Positions 51,629 through 62,128 are shown, numbered from the stretch's first letter. The stretch is 63,325 nucleotides of DNA from Cyanobacteriota bacterium (GCA_046045965.1 JBJOKS010000028.1:1-63325), one strand, 5' to 3'. Program-made: numbers and translations. Notes: generated from the letters alone by a model not told the origin.

Positions 51629-52066
51629 ATGGCGCTGATTGATGGTCTGGCAGATGATCATAAAAGACAAACACTGGTGGCTGATTTGACAAATTTATTA
51701 GAAACACAAGTTGCTACCATCAGTGGATTTACTGGGCTGGCTATCAAAGCTGGCTATGCTGCTATTAAAGGAATTAGTCCGGGATACTGTGCTGGTGCGA
51801 TCGAACGTCTTTTACCAGAATCTTTCGCCGCGCTACAACCTATGTGGGATGAAGGCTTACAAACAGGTAATGCTGTCGGATATTTGACTAACAATAGTTC
51901 TCGTACAGCAGATGCGGTTTTAAGTGTTACGGATATTCGGATTCAAAAAAGTAGCAACTCTACTATCAAAGGTGTTTATGGTAAACTCCGCAACTCAGTC
52001 AAGCAACACATCGAAGAAGCTGTACCTGGTTTAGCGGCAATTATTGATAAGTACACTAAAAACTAA
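51629..52066 (+). CDS. Hypothetical protein (DUF6918-like)
   Basis: GLAIKAGY..LLPE..ADAVLSVTD..HIEEAVP. Confidence 0.75.
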   Translation: MALIDGLADDHKRQTLVADLTNLLETQVATISGFTGLAIKAGYAAIKGISPGYCAGAIERLLPESFAALQPMWDEGLQTGNAVGYLTNNSSRTADAVLSVTDIRIQKSSNSTIKGVYGKLRNSVKQHIEEAVPGLAAIIDKYTKN

Positions 52067-52102
52067 GCTAAAACTCTTGTGGGGTGGGCATCTTGTCCGC
52101 CA

Positions 52103-52396
52103 TCATTTATTAAAAAAACTACAAATCATCTCACCAGGACTATTATCTTTAAAGTGAGTGACAGTCCCATCTTTATTTACCTTAAATTTAGCACGACAAT
52201 TGTAAATTTCAACAGGTGTTTTCACACCATTAATACTCACAGATACCCGATACTCCCAATATTTTTTAGCACTACGTTTGATACTCAAAATACAAATCTC
52301 CTGCCCTTCATAATTCCTACATACCTCAGCCAAAGCTGGAGATGCTAAGGAAAAAGAAAATATTAATAACAGGAAAATGACCAGATATTTAATCAT
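52103..52396 (-). CDS. Small secreted hypothetical protein
   Basis: Signal peptide PALA; C..ICI..KRSAK.YWEYR..YNC. Confidence 0.75.
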   Translation of the reverse strand: MIKYLVIFLLLIFSFSLASPALAEVCRNYEGQEICILSIKRSAKKYWEYRVSVSINGVKTPVEIYNCRAKFKVNKDGTVTHFKDNSPGEMICSFFNK

Positions 52397-53225
52397 AATT
52401 GATTTTTAATGCTTTACCCCTCATCCACCAAGCCATTCCACCCATAAATAACACCCCCATTATTCCCTGTAAAGGATTATTATTCACACCTGTTACCCAG
52501 TCAGGAACTACCCCCGAATGTTTTGTTAATTGTCCTACATTAATAATGTAATAACCCCAAACTAAACCACTATGTAAACCTATTGGTAAACCTAAACGCC
52601 CTCTTTTCCAATGCTTTCCCCATACTTGCGTTAACCCTAATAATACTAAAGCCGGAAATTGTGGTAAAGTATGAATAATTGCTTCTAATGGTTTAATAAA
52701 ATGTGCCACAGCAAATAAAATGGCATCTATCCAAGTTGCTAAACTTGAACCATAATCTCTTTTTAACTCATCCCATAACCAACCACGAAATAATAATTCT
52801 TCAGCAAAACCAACACCAAAACCGACTAGCAAACCTTCTAAAATTATTTTCAATATAACAACTTTCGGCTGTTGCCAAACTAACCAACCTAACAAACCTT
52901 GTAAAGCAAATACAATTAAAATATTAATTAATCCAATAGCCAAACCTTGAACAAAATTTACACCATTTTGGCGTGAAAACTCCAAACCATAATGAGTTAA
53001 TATCTGAGGTTGCTTATAAACTTGCTTACCCCATAACTTGAGCAGAAAGATAAACTCAACATAAAGTATCACCATTGTCAAGATACTTTCTAAATTAGTA
53101 TCTTCCACAAGTAAATATATAGGTACTGCAAAAGGCAACCATAGCACTAACAAAACCAAAATAAAGCAACCCACCCTAACAGGGGCGGGACTTTGAGCAA
53201 TTTGATCTAAATTAATTTTTATCAT
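52389..53225 (-). CDS. CPBP (Abi/CAAX) intramembrane glutamic endopeptidase
   Basis: EELLFRG, FAVAH and IGLH motifs. Confidence 0.9.
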   Translation of the reverse strand: MIKINLDQIAQSPAPVRVGCFILVLLVLWLPFAVPIYLLVEDTNLESILTMVILYVEFIFLLKLWGKQVYKQPQILTHYGLEFSRQNGVNFVQGLAIGLINILIVFALQGLLGWLVWQQPKVVILKIILEGLLVGFGVGFAEELLFRGWLWDELKRDYGSSLATWIDAILFAVAHFIKPLEAIIHTLPQFPALVLLGLTQVWGKHWKRGRLGLPIGLHSGLVWGYYIINVGQLTKHSGVVPDWVTGVNNNPLQGIMGVLFMGGMAWWMRGKALKINYD

Positions 53226-53281
53226 GAATCAGTCAACTGTCATCAGTCAACAAGATAATACTAACCACTAATGACCAATAA

Positions 53282-53563
53282 CTATTCATCCGGTTCAATG
53301 GTGCTGCTCAAACCATGACTTTTTAAAGTTTCACAATAGAACTCAGCGTGTTCCAAAGCGCAGGTAATAACTAAAGCTAACCCGTTTTGGTGAGCTTCCA
53401 TCATGATGCTAACAGCCTGGGGCTGAGTTAGACTCGGTACGGTGGTCAATAGAACCTGAACCACATACTCCATAGGATTATAGTCATCATTATGCAGCAA
53501 AACGCGATACCGAGGCGCGAGCTTGCGGGTTGTGGAAGGCTTTTCAATAGTTTCGACTGACAC
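53282..53563 (-). CDS. clpS: Clp protease adaptor ClpS
   Basis: YRVLLHNDDYNPMEYV..MMEAH. Confidence 0.95.
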   Translation of the reverse strand: MSVETIEKPSTTRKLAPRYRVLLHNDDYNPMEYVVQVLLTTVPSLTQPQAVSIMMEAHQNGLALVITCALEHAEFYCETLKSHGLSSTIEPDE

Positions 53564-53803
53564 TGCTCTTTGCTCTTTTATCGTTGACTTACTACAATAG
53601 AGTTTCTGTCTAGCATTTGCTTAACAGTTCTTGACTTAATCTTATAACATTTCCTTTATCATTCCAGCCAGAAAAAATCCAAATGTTTGGCTATTACTGT
53701 CTGTGAAGAGTAGAAATTTTTAAGTAAAATCATAATACTACACCAGTGTTACTTCTAAAATAAAGAAAACTGCAACACAATACCTGCTTCCTATTCTGCT
53801 GCT

Positions 53804-54160
53804 ATGGATATTAGCCCCAACTTTCAACCGGGACAAATTGTTTCTTTAGATGATGGCAACAGAAATCTTTATGCTGAAGTCATTCAAGTTGTGACTTCTC
53901 GTCATTTATGCTGGGTTCGTCCTTTGCTACTGGCTAACTTCACCCACGAACTACCCCTGATAACAGATATGCGAGATGCGTCCGACTTGTTATGGCCTGT
54001 AAATTTATTTCGGCCAGCTTTAGATACAGAAGTGATCAGTCTATTGAGTCAACTTTTACCAAAAGAACCAAAAGCCGACACAGACACCGTTGCCCAACAG
54101 CAACTCCATCAATTTATTCACCAACTTTGGCAAGCCTCTCAAGATGGTAAAGAAATGTGA
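53804..54160 (+). CDS. Conserved hypothetical protein
   Basis: LYAEVIQ..CWVRPL..DLLWP..RPALDTEV. Confidence 0.72.
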   Translation: MDISPNFQPGQIVSLDDGNRNLYAEVIQVVTSRHLCWVRPLLLANFTHELPLITDMRDASDLLWPVNLFRPALDTEVISLLSQLLPKEPKADTDTVAQQQLHQFIHQLWQASQDGKEM

Positions 54161-54175
54161 AATTATTGAGCATGA

Positions 54176-54373
54176 TCAACCCCAGCGAGGGACTAACTGG
54201 ACTCTACCCGCATCCATTTCTGCCATTAACAATTCTAGAGCTTCGTAGTCAACGTCAGAGATGTAGCCTAGTTGAGTCAGTTCTGAGTTGATCTCATTTT
54301 CTATTTCTGGCGTTAGTTTTTTTATGTGCAACGCTTTTTCTACTAGTTGACGAATGGCGTATTGTGTGTTCAT
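54176..54373 (-). CDS. Small hypothetical protein
   Basis: 65-aa helical ORF from ATG at 54373. Confidence 0.65.
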   Translation of the reverse strand: MNTQYAIRQLVEKALHIKKLTPEIENEINSELTQLGYISDVDYEALELLMAEMDAGRVQLVPRWG

Positions 54374-54899
54374 AAAGAATAAACCAACTTTAATTGTTAC
54401 CAATTATCCAAGATAAGCATCGGTATAAAAAGTGATCCAGGTATCTATAGTTTAGTGATTTAGATCACGGCACAATTTTAGACACAGAGTTCTGTTTAGA
54501 ACCAAATTTTGACCATCAATGAAGGTCGAAATAGGGTGAGCATCAGCAGCAATTTTGGCTTAAATCCTTGGATTTAGAGCTATACCAAGGTTTATGATCA
54601 TCATGGCAGAGGATTAATCTGCATTTTGGCTGTCTATGTAGATTGTTTTTTAACTCCCACAAAAAAAATGTATATATCAATACAGTTTACCTTGTAGTAA
54701 TAGCAATCTTTAAACAAAAGTAACAAAGCAATAAAGATTCAATAAAGAATTCAGGAGTCAGAAGTCAGAATTAATTTTGTCAGACTGTAAAGTTGTGTAA
54801 AACAGTTCTCAGTTACCATGAATAATGGGGTTGAAAAACCGAATCAATGCTAAGTTGAAGAAGATAATTTGTAATTTAAGTTAGCCAGAAGATATCAAA

Positions 54900-57641
54900 G
54901 TGGCTGTTTTAGTAGAGCAATTAATAACATCGGATATTTTAAAACCTGCCCGGTACTTGGGTAACGAGCGTTTAGCAGTACATAAGCCTTGGGATACGGC
55001 AACGGTTCGCTGGGTGTTAACCTACCCGGAAGTATATGAAGTCGGTGCATCTAATTTGGGACATATCATTCTCTATAACATTTTGAATGCCCAACCAAAT
55101 CAGTTATGCGATCGCGCTTATCTACCAGGTCCAGACTTAGGCACAAAACTGCGCTCCACGCAAACACCCTTGTTTGCAGTAGAGTCGAAACGGTATTTGA
55201 CCGAATTTGATATTTTAGGTTTTAGCCTCAGTTATGAATTAGGCGCAACCAACATCCTGGAAATGTTAGATTTAGCAGGAATACCCCTGACTTGGAAAGA
55301 AAGGCAGGAGGCAAGAGGCAGGAGGCAGGAGGCAGAAGGTTATTCTTCCCAGTCCCCAGTAAAGAGTCCCCAGTCACCATATCCCCTAATTTTCGCAGGT
55401 GGACAAACTGCCACATCTAACCCAGAACCTTACGCTGATTTTTTTGACTTTATTGTTTTGGGAGATGGTGAGGAACTATTGCCAGAAATTGGTTTAGTAG
55501 TAGACGAAGGGAAAACAACAGGTTTAAGTCGGGAAGAATTGTTACTAGACTTGGCACAAATTCCCGGTGTTTATGTACCTCAGTTTTATGAAATGGGAGA
55601 AAATGGTGCGGTACATCCTCTGCGAAAAGATATACCAAAACGCATTCTTAGACGAGTGGCTACACCCATTCCCGCTTATTCTATAGGCTTAGTTCCCTAC
55701 GTCGAAACAGTCCATGATCGTTTGACAATAGAAATTAGACGGGGTTGCACCCGTGGTTGTCGCTTTTGTCAACCAGGAATGTTGACTCGTCCTGCACGAG
55801 ATGTAGAACCAGAAAAAGTGGTAGAAGCGATTGAAGCGGGGATGAGAGCAACAGGTTACAATGAATTTTCCCTGTTATCACTGAGTTGTTCTGATTATTT
55901 ATCCTTACCCGCAGTGGGGATGGAAATCAAAAACCGCTTAAAAAATGAAAATATTTCCCTAACATTACCCAGTCAAAGAGTAGATAGGTTTGATGAGAAT
56001 ATTGCTAATATTCTGGGAGGTACGCGACAAGGTAGCTTGACTTTTGCGCCTGAAGCCGGTACCCAACGGATGCGGGATATTGTCAATAAAGGTTTGACCA
56101 ATGAAGAATTATTAAGGGGAGTAAAAACAGCTTGGGAGCAAGGTTGGGATAAAATCAAGTTGTATTTTATGATTGGTTTACCAGGGGAAACAGATGCGGA
56201 TGTTTTGGGAATAGCGGAAACTGTGAGGTGGTTACAGCAAGAATGTCGAGGTAGGGGAAGGAAACCAATTAGCTTTAATTTGACCATTTCTAATTTTACT
56301 CCCAAACCCCATACACCTTTTCAATGGCATTCGGTTTCGACCTCTGAGTTTAAACGCAAGCAAGATATACTGCGGCAAGAATTCCGACGTATTCGCAATG
56401 TAAAGGTGAATTTTACGGATATTCGCCTTTCAGCGATGGAAGACTTTATAGGCAGAGGCGATCGCTCTTTAGGTAAAGTCTTAAAACGTGCTTGGGAACT
56501 GGGTGCAGGAATGGACTCTTGGTATGACAGTGTAGAAACAGCTTTTAACGCTTGGGGAAAGGCAATATCAGAAGCTGGTCTAGACTGGAAATACCGTCAA
56601 CTGGAGACTGGTGAGGCAGTCCGGTCTAGGGGGTTTCCCCCAGGAGGAACTGCCGTTCGCGAAGCGTCTCCGCAGGAGATACCCCGAAGGGGGGACTCTT
56701 TACTGGGGACTGGGGACAAAAATGAACAGGTTTCACCTCTTGACATTCCCCTACCTTGGGATCATATTGATACCGGGATTGATAAAAAGTGGCTGCAAGA
56801 GGACTTAAAACGCGCTCTAGAAGCTGCTGTTGTTCCTGATTGCTCTTTTGAAGGTTGTTCCCATTGTGGTGTCTGTGGTACTGATTTCGGTCATAATATC
56901 GTCATTGAACCACCTGCAATTCCTCAGTTTGCCGGTGATTTTGTTCCCAATACCACCAAAGCACAACGCTTAAGAGTTTGGTTTGGTAAACAAGGTGATA
57001 TGGCTTTGGTAAGTCACTTGGATTTAATGCGTTTATTTGATAGAGTGATGCGAAGAGCAGGTTTACCTGTGGCTTTTACTGGTGGGTTTCATCCCCATCC
57101 CCGCATTGCTCTAGCTAGTGCTTTATCCTTGGGAAGTACCAGCAGCGGTGAAATTGTAGATTTTGAACTCACTCAACCAATGGATGTGGAAACTTTCCGC
57201 ACGCAACTGGTGAGTCAACTACCTTTAGATATCCCCATATACCAAGTAGAAGAGATAGATTTGAAAGCACCCGCAGCTAACCAAGCTATGGAAGCAGCGG
57301 AATATTTGCTCACAGTTTCTACACCAGGAAATGTGGAAATTGTAAAATGGCAAGATTGGATTGCGGCTATACTGGCTAAAGAGGAGATTTTGTCAGAGCA
57401 TACGACTAAATCAGGCAAACAGCAGATCATAAATCTGCGCGATCGCTTGTTTGAAATCGAGTTAGTACAAACCGAAAACTCCCCAACCGAGTCTCAAGCT
57501 ATCTTGCGTTATTTGGGTAGCTGTCGTCCTGACGGTGTGATCTTGCGTCCTGAGCAAATATTATCTATACTGGAAATAATGGCTTGTGCAAAATTTCACC
57601 TCTTGCATATCCACCGCAATCAGCTAGTTTTGGGAACATAG
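54900..57641 (+). CDS. B12-binding radical SAM protein (TIGR03960-like) fused to a TIGR03936-like domain
   Basis: KPARYLG, YPEVYEVGASN, CTRGCRFC; C-terminal SHLDL..GFHPHPR. Confidence 0.9.
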   Translation: MAVLVEQLITSDILKPARYLGNERLAVHKPWDTATVRWVLTYPEVYEVGASNLGHIILYNILNAQPNQLCDRAYLPGPDLGTKLRSTQTPLFAVESKRYLTEFDILGFSLSYELGATNILEMLDLAGIPLTWKERQEARGRRQEAEGYSSQSPVKSPQSPYPLIFAGGQTATSNPEPYADFFDFIVLGDGEELLPEIGLVVDEGKTTGLSREELLLDLAQIPGVYVPQFYEMGENGAVHPLRKDIPKRILRRVATPIPAYSIGLVPYVETVHDRLTIEIRRGCTRGCRFCQPGMLTRPARDVEPEKVVEAIEAGMRATGYNEFSLLSLSCSDYLSLPAVGMEIKNRLKNENISLTLPSQRVDRFDENIANILGGTRQGSLTFAPEAGTQRMRDIVNKGLTNEELLRGVKTAWEQGWDKIKLYFMIGLPGETDADVLGIAETVRWLQQECRGRGRKPISFNLTISNFTPKPHTPFQWHSVSTSEFKRKQDILRQEFRRIRNVKVNFTDIRLSAMEDFIGRGDRSLGKVLKRAWELGAGMDSWYDSVETAFNAWGKAISEAGLDWKYRQLETGEAVRSRGFPPGGTAVREASPQEIPRRGDSLLGTGDKNEQVSPLDIPLPWDHIDTGIDKKWLQEDLKRALEAAVVPDCSFEGCSHCGVCGTDFGHNIVIEPPAIPQFAGDFVPNTTKAQRLRVWFGKQGDMALVSHLDLMRLFDRVMRRAGLPVAFTGGFHPHPRIALASALSLGSTSSGEIVDFELTQPMDVETFRTQLVSQLPLDIPIYQVEEIDLKAPAANQAMEAAEYLLTVSTPGNVEIVKWQDWIAAILAKEEILSEHTTKSGKQQIINLRDRLFEIELVQTENSPTESQAILRYLGSCRPDGVILRPEQILSILEIMACAKFHLLHIHRNQLVLGT

Positions 57642-57649
57642 TTCCTCAA

Positions 57650-57673
57650 GGGTAACTTGCTAGTAGTTACCCC
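57650..57673 (+). terminator. Hairpin downstream of the radical SAM gene
   Basis: GGGTAACT...AGTTACCC stem. Confidence 0.4.
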
Positions 57674-58216
57674 TAATGACTATATTCACTATGAATTGAT
57701 TTTGAGCAAGGTTGCGCTAGAATAAAGTGAAGAGAAATTTTCTGGCGCTGCGTTGAATGATCTGATTCAGTACCCTGATCATCAGGGAGTGCAAGCAAAC
57801 ATATTAGAGTGTAGTTTCTAGGATTGAATCCCAGATCAACTGAGGCAGATTAAAGAACACTCTCTATAGCTACCTTGTGAATCAGTAAGTAACAATAGCT
57901 TTACGCCTAATCTCTAACTCTATGCTTTTTACAACACCTGCACCGATACTGATACCCTAGATGGTAAAGCTATTGGCTCAGAGATCAACCATAGACGGTT
58001 GATTTAATGACTGAAAACTTATGCAACCGTTCTGGAATAATCAGGCGTGTAAACGCAATTACAGTCTTGTTAACAGCTTCCGATTATGGGAAGCTAGGTC
58101 AGAGAAAGGAATTTTTATTACCAGTAGCGCCTTGTAGGGCTACCAGTAGGGGTCCAGAGGTATAAAAGAAGCTCCTTCTCATCCCCATTGGTGCTGCCAA
58201 TTTTTGAGGAACTTGA

Positions 58217-60343
58217 ATGCCAAAACAAATTATTATCGCAGAGCAGCATCAAATTGCTGCTGTATTTTCCGAAGATCAAATACAAGAACTCGTTGTTGCC
58301 ACTGGTCATCATCAAATTGGTGATATCTACTTAGGCGTAGTAGAAAATGTCTTACCTGGTATAGACGCAGCTTTTGTCAATATCGGCGATCCAGAACGGA
58401 ACGGTTTTATTCACGTCACTGACTTGGGACCGTTAAAACTCAAACGTAGTTCCGCAGCCATTACTGAACTGCTAACACCACAGCAAAAAGTCTTGGTACA
58501 GGTAATGAAAGAGCCAACGGGAACAAAAGGACCCAGGCTGACAGGTAACATTACCCTACCTGGACGTTATGTAGTTTTGATGCCCTATGGTAGAGGTGTA
58601 AATCTGTCCCGGCGAATTAAAAGTGAAAGTGAGCGTAACCGTCTCCGCGCCCTGGCAATTTTAATTAAACCGGCGGGTATGGGTGTGCTGGTGCGAACAG
58701 AAGCCGAAGGCAAACCAGAGGAAGCAATCATTGAAGACTTAGAATTGCTGCAAAGACAATGGGAAGTCATTCAGCAAGAAGCTCAGTCTACCCGCGCTCC
58801 ATCCCTACTCAACCGGGATGATGACTTTATCCAGCGGGTATTGCGGGATATGTACGGTGGTGATGTGAATCGGATTGTAGTTGATTCCAGCACTGGTTTA
58901 CGTCGAGTCAAGCAGTATTTACAGAATTGGAGTGGAGGTCAAACACCACAGGGTGTATTAATTGATCACCATCGCGATCGCTCGCCCATTTTAGAATACT
59001 TCCGCATCAATGCCGCCATTCGGGAAGCCCTACGACCACGAGTAGACTTACCTTCTGGTGGTTACATTATTATCGAGCCAACGGAAGCATTAACAGTAAT
59101 TGACGTTAACTCCGGTTCCTTCACCCGTTCGGCTACAGCCAGAGAAACCGTCCTGTGGACAAACTGTGAAGCGGCGACAGAAATTGCCCGTCAATTAAGA
59201 CTACGAAATATTGCTGGTGTGATTGTAGTTGATTTCATTGACATGGAATCACGACGTGACCAATTACAAGTTTTAGAACACTTTAACAAAGCCCTAAAAG
59301 CTGATAAAGCTCGTCCACAAATTGCCCAACTGACTGAGCTAGGTTTAGTAGAACTAACTCGGAAACGTCAAGGTCAAAACATTTATGAATTGTTTGGCGA
59401 AACTTGCCCCACCTGTGGCGGTTTAGGACATACCGTGCGTTTACCTGGGGAAATAGAAAACCGGATGCCTATCCCCGCAGCAGATATACCAGAGCGGTTC
59501 ACACCGATGCCGCAAAGAGAAACACGAATGCCATCTGCACGCATCCCAGAAATAAGAGACTCTAGGGAAACCTATGATGGCTTTGGGGAAGGATTTGAAA
59601 GCGATGCTGAGATCAATCCTGTCAATTTGATCAACCATCCCAGTTATCAAGAATTAGGTGATAACAAACGTCGTACCCGTACCCGTCGGAGTCGTATTGG
59701 CATCAACGGCGTTAACGGTAAAGATGAAGTCAGGTTAGGTAATTCATTGGGGTTTGGCAACGATTCAGATTTAGACTTGGATGTTGACAGTGAGCTAACT
59801 CCCACTCCAGAACTTCCCTCTCTTCTCTCCGATAACCTCCGGGAACGAGACCCTTCGCGCACACCTACTCTTGGTAAATCTGGCTGGACTGAAAGACCAG
59901 AGCGGACTAAAGTGAAGATAGATCCAGTCAAACCAGTAGTAGAACCGCCGCAGATTGTTTCTGTGGAAATGACAGTCCAGGAACAAGATATGTTTGCTTT
60001 GATGGGAATTTCTCCCGGTGTGAAGTTAGAAGCAGAGGTGAAAAATCCCAAATCTGTGATTTTTAACATTGTGCAACCTGGACAAGCATCAGATACCACC
60101 AGTGAATCGACTTCAGAACCAACATTTCCCGAAATAACTAGGTCTGAATTTGCCAGAGTCAAAATGCCAACACCAAAGGTTGAGATAGAAGAACCATCTT
60201 GCCCAAAATCAGTCATTGAGCCACCTGTGGAAGACTCTAGAAACATCGGCTTTGAGCCTTTGACAGAAGAAGAGGAAATAAATAACACTGCTGCTCCTAA
60301 TCGTCGTCGTCGTCGTCGTTCTTCCGCACTGGAGGACAGTTAA
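58217..60343 (+). CDS. rne: Ribonuclease E
   Basis: AAFVNIG, KEPTGTKGPRLT, IDVNSG, DFIDM, CPTCGG; C-terminal RRRRRRSSA. Confidence 0.96.
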   Translation: MPKQIIIAEQHQIAAVFSEDQIQELVVATGHHQIGDIYLGVVENVLPGIDAAFVNIGDPERNGFIHVTDLGPLKLKRSSAAITELLTPQQKVLVQVMKEPTGTKGPRLTGNITLPGRYVVLMPYGRGVNLSRRIKSESERNRLRALAILIKPAGMGVLVRTEAEGKPEEAIIEDLELLQRQWEVIQQEAQSTRAPSLLNRDDDFIQRVLRDMYGGDVNRIVVDSSTGLRRVKQYLQNWSGGQTPQGVLIDHHRDRSPILEYFRINAAIREALRPRVDLPSGGYIIIEPTEALTVIDVNSGSFTRSATARETVLWTNCEAATEIARQLRLRNIAGVIVVDFIDMESRRDQLQVLEHFNKALKADKARPQIAQLTELGLVELTRKRQGQNIYELFGETCPTCGGLGHTVRLPGEIENRMPIPAADIPERFTPMPQRETRMPSARIPEIRDSRETYDGFGEGFESDAEINPVNLINHPSYQELGDNKRRTRTRRSRIGINGVNGKDEVRLGNSLGFGNDSDLDLDVDSELTPTPELPSLLSDNLRERDPSRTPTLGKSGWTERPERTKVKIDPVKPVVEPPQIVSVEMTVQEQDMFALMGISPGVKLEAEVKNPKSVIFNIVQPGQASDTTSESTSEPTFPEITRSEFARVKMPTPKVEIEEPSCPKSVIEPPVEDSRNIGFEPLTEEEEINNTAAPNRRRRRRSSALEDS

Positions 60344-60351
60344 CGGCTGTT

Positions 60352-61017
60352 ATGGTAGAGATAGAGCCAACATCTGCATCCGTTTCGCCAACTGCACCCT
60401 GGGAAGAATCAAGCTGGTTGGAATTTTCTCACTGCTCAGATATTCATGGGTTGGTTGCAGGTGTAGATGAAGTGGGGCGTGGTGCTTTATTTGGTCCTGT
60501 GGTTGCTGCCGCCGTAATCTTACCGACAGAGGCTTTGCCAAAACTCATGGCAGCGAAAATTAACGACAGCAAAAAGTTGTCTAGTTCTCGCAGAATACTG
60601 TTAGCAGAGCAAATTTCTGAACTGGCTTTAGACTGGAGGGTTGGTTATGCTTCTACTGCGGAAATTGACAAGCTAAATATTTTACAAGCAACCCTGTTGG
60701 CAATGAAGCGGGCTGTACTGAAGCTCAAGGTACAGCCTACGCTTTGCTTAGTTGATGGCAATCAGATGGTAAAGGATTTACTGATACCGCAACAAACTGT
60801 TGTTAAGGGTGATGAGCGATCGCTTAACATTGCCGCTGCTAGTATCATTGCTAAAGTTTGGCGTGATGATCTGGTGCTGCGCTTGGCATCCAAGTATCCC
60901 ATGTATGAACTAGAGCGTAATAAGGGTTATGGGAGCCAGCGACATCTGCTGGCTTTACAAAAATATGGTCCATCACCCCTACATCGTCTATCTTTTCGTC
61001 CTTGCCAAATTGAATGA
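60352..61017 (+). CDS. rnhB: Ribonuclease HII
   Basis: GVDEVGRG, DSKKL, VKGD and AAASIIAKV motifs. Confidence 0.96.
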   Translation: MVEIEPTSASVSPTAPWEESSWLEFSHCSDIHGLVAGVDEVGRGALFGPVVAAAVILPTEALPKLMAAKINDSKKLSSSRRILLAEQISELALDWRVGYASTAEIDKLNILQATLLAMKRAVLKLKVQPTLCLVDGNQMVKDLLIPQQTVVKGDERSLNIAAASIIAKVWRDDLVLRLASKYPMYELERNKGYGSQRHLLALQKYGPSPLHRLSFRPCQIE

Positions 61018-61071
61018 TCAAGGACTGGTGACTGGGTAATAGTCTTTCTCAATTACCAAGTACCTAAAAAT

Positions 61072-61659
61072 TTACTCAAAATTCAGAATTGGTAATTCTG
61101 TAGTATCATCTAAAATCTCATTTGTTTGCGTTTGTGAAATTACCCAGGTGCGATAATCAGTTAGGAGGTGATGTAACAATCTTTGCTTAATTGTCAACAA
61201 CACGCTTTTGAGCAAACCATTACCTGTAGCTTCCAAAATCGACTTTGGAGTTAGGGAAAATGGTTGGGGTATGTCCACCAACACTTCTAAATCGGCTTTT
61301 CCTTGTAGCCGAGTTTCATTGCTGTTGTGGTAAGGTGATAAATACCCTTTTAAATTGAGAGCAAAACGTTGGTTGATATATTCAAAACCTCTGATTTCAC
61401 ACCCTACAGAACGTAAATAAATCGTTCCTTGGAAATCTGCCCAAACTCTCATGTCTACAGTAGGTTGAATACTCAGTGACATAAAAGTCAGAGGACGCAT
61501 TTTCAAGCGAAACACTTCATCGGACAACTGCTGAATCCTACTATTGTCAGCTAAAGTTTTCACCAGGCGTTGAGGCTGACGTAAGTAATGCTGAATGGGG
61601 ATGGGCTGTTTGGGAACAGCAATTTCAACCGATTGAGAGGCAGTAAACTTCGTAGCCAT
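61072..61659 (-). CDS. DUF1997 domain protein
   Basis: YLRQPQRLV..FRLKMRPL..LEATGNGLL. Confidence 0.82.
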   Translation of the reverse strand: MATKFTASQSVEIAVPKQPIPIQHYLRQPQRLVKTLADNSRIQQLSDEVFRLKMRPLTFMSLSIQPTVDMRVWADFQGTIYLRSVGCEIRGFEYINQRFALNLKGYLSPYHNSNETRLQGKADLEVLVDIPQPFSLTPKSILEATGNGLLKSVLLTIKQRLLHHLLTDYRTWVISQTQTNEILDDTTELPILNFE

Positions 61660-61846
61660 GAGTAGATTAAAGCAATATGTTTTATTGTAATATTTTTTAA
61701 TAAACTAGATTGATTTGCATAAAATCAACAAATTTATTCATAATCACTCAAAAGAAGACAGAATGTACGGGTTTAGCTTTTTTTTACCCGTACAGAAATC
61801 AAGAGGCACGGAATAAGTATCTTTCCTTGCTTCTTGTCATCTAAGT

Positions 61847-62086
61847 AGGGTTTGCTGAATAAAGATAGAACCTAGATAAATCAAGGGATTGAGGGTTGAA
61901 AAAGGGAAAAAAGGTGCAAGGAATAGACATGAAACCCATCAAAAACTGTTCACTTTTCTCCTAAAACAACTATTCAAAAGCTGTTTCTAATTCTGAGTCC
62001 TGACTCCAGAGGGCAACCACAGGGGGTTTGCCCCTACTGACTCCTGACTCCTAACCCCTAACGGAAAGACTTTTTCAGCAAACCCT
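61847..62086. mobile_element. MITE (240 bp) with AGGGTTTGCTGAA terminal inverted repeats and 4-bp AAGT target duplication
   Basis: AGGGTTTGCTGAATAAAG at left, CTTTTTCAGCAAACCCT at right; AAGT at 61843-61846 and 62087-62090. Confidence 0.75.
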
Positions 62087-62128
62087 AAGTACAAATCTAA
62101 AATCTGGGATCTCAAATTTAAAATAGTC

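Noticed and set aside
59647..60288. 213-aa antisense ORF in rne, and similar shadow ORFs (e.g. 28973-29464, 46631-47020, 48716-49114)
   Set aside because: Fully antisense to well-supported genes and without recognisable motifs
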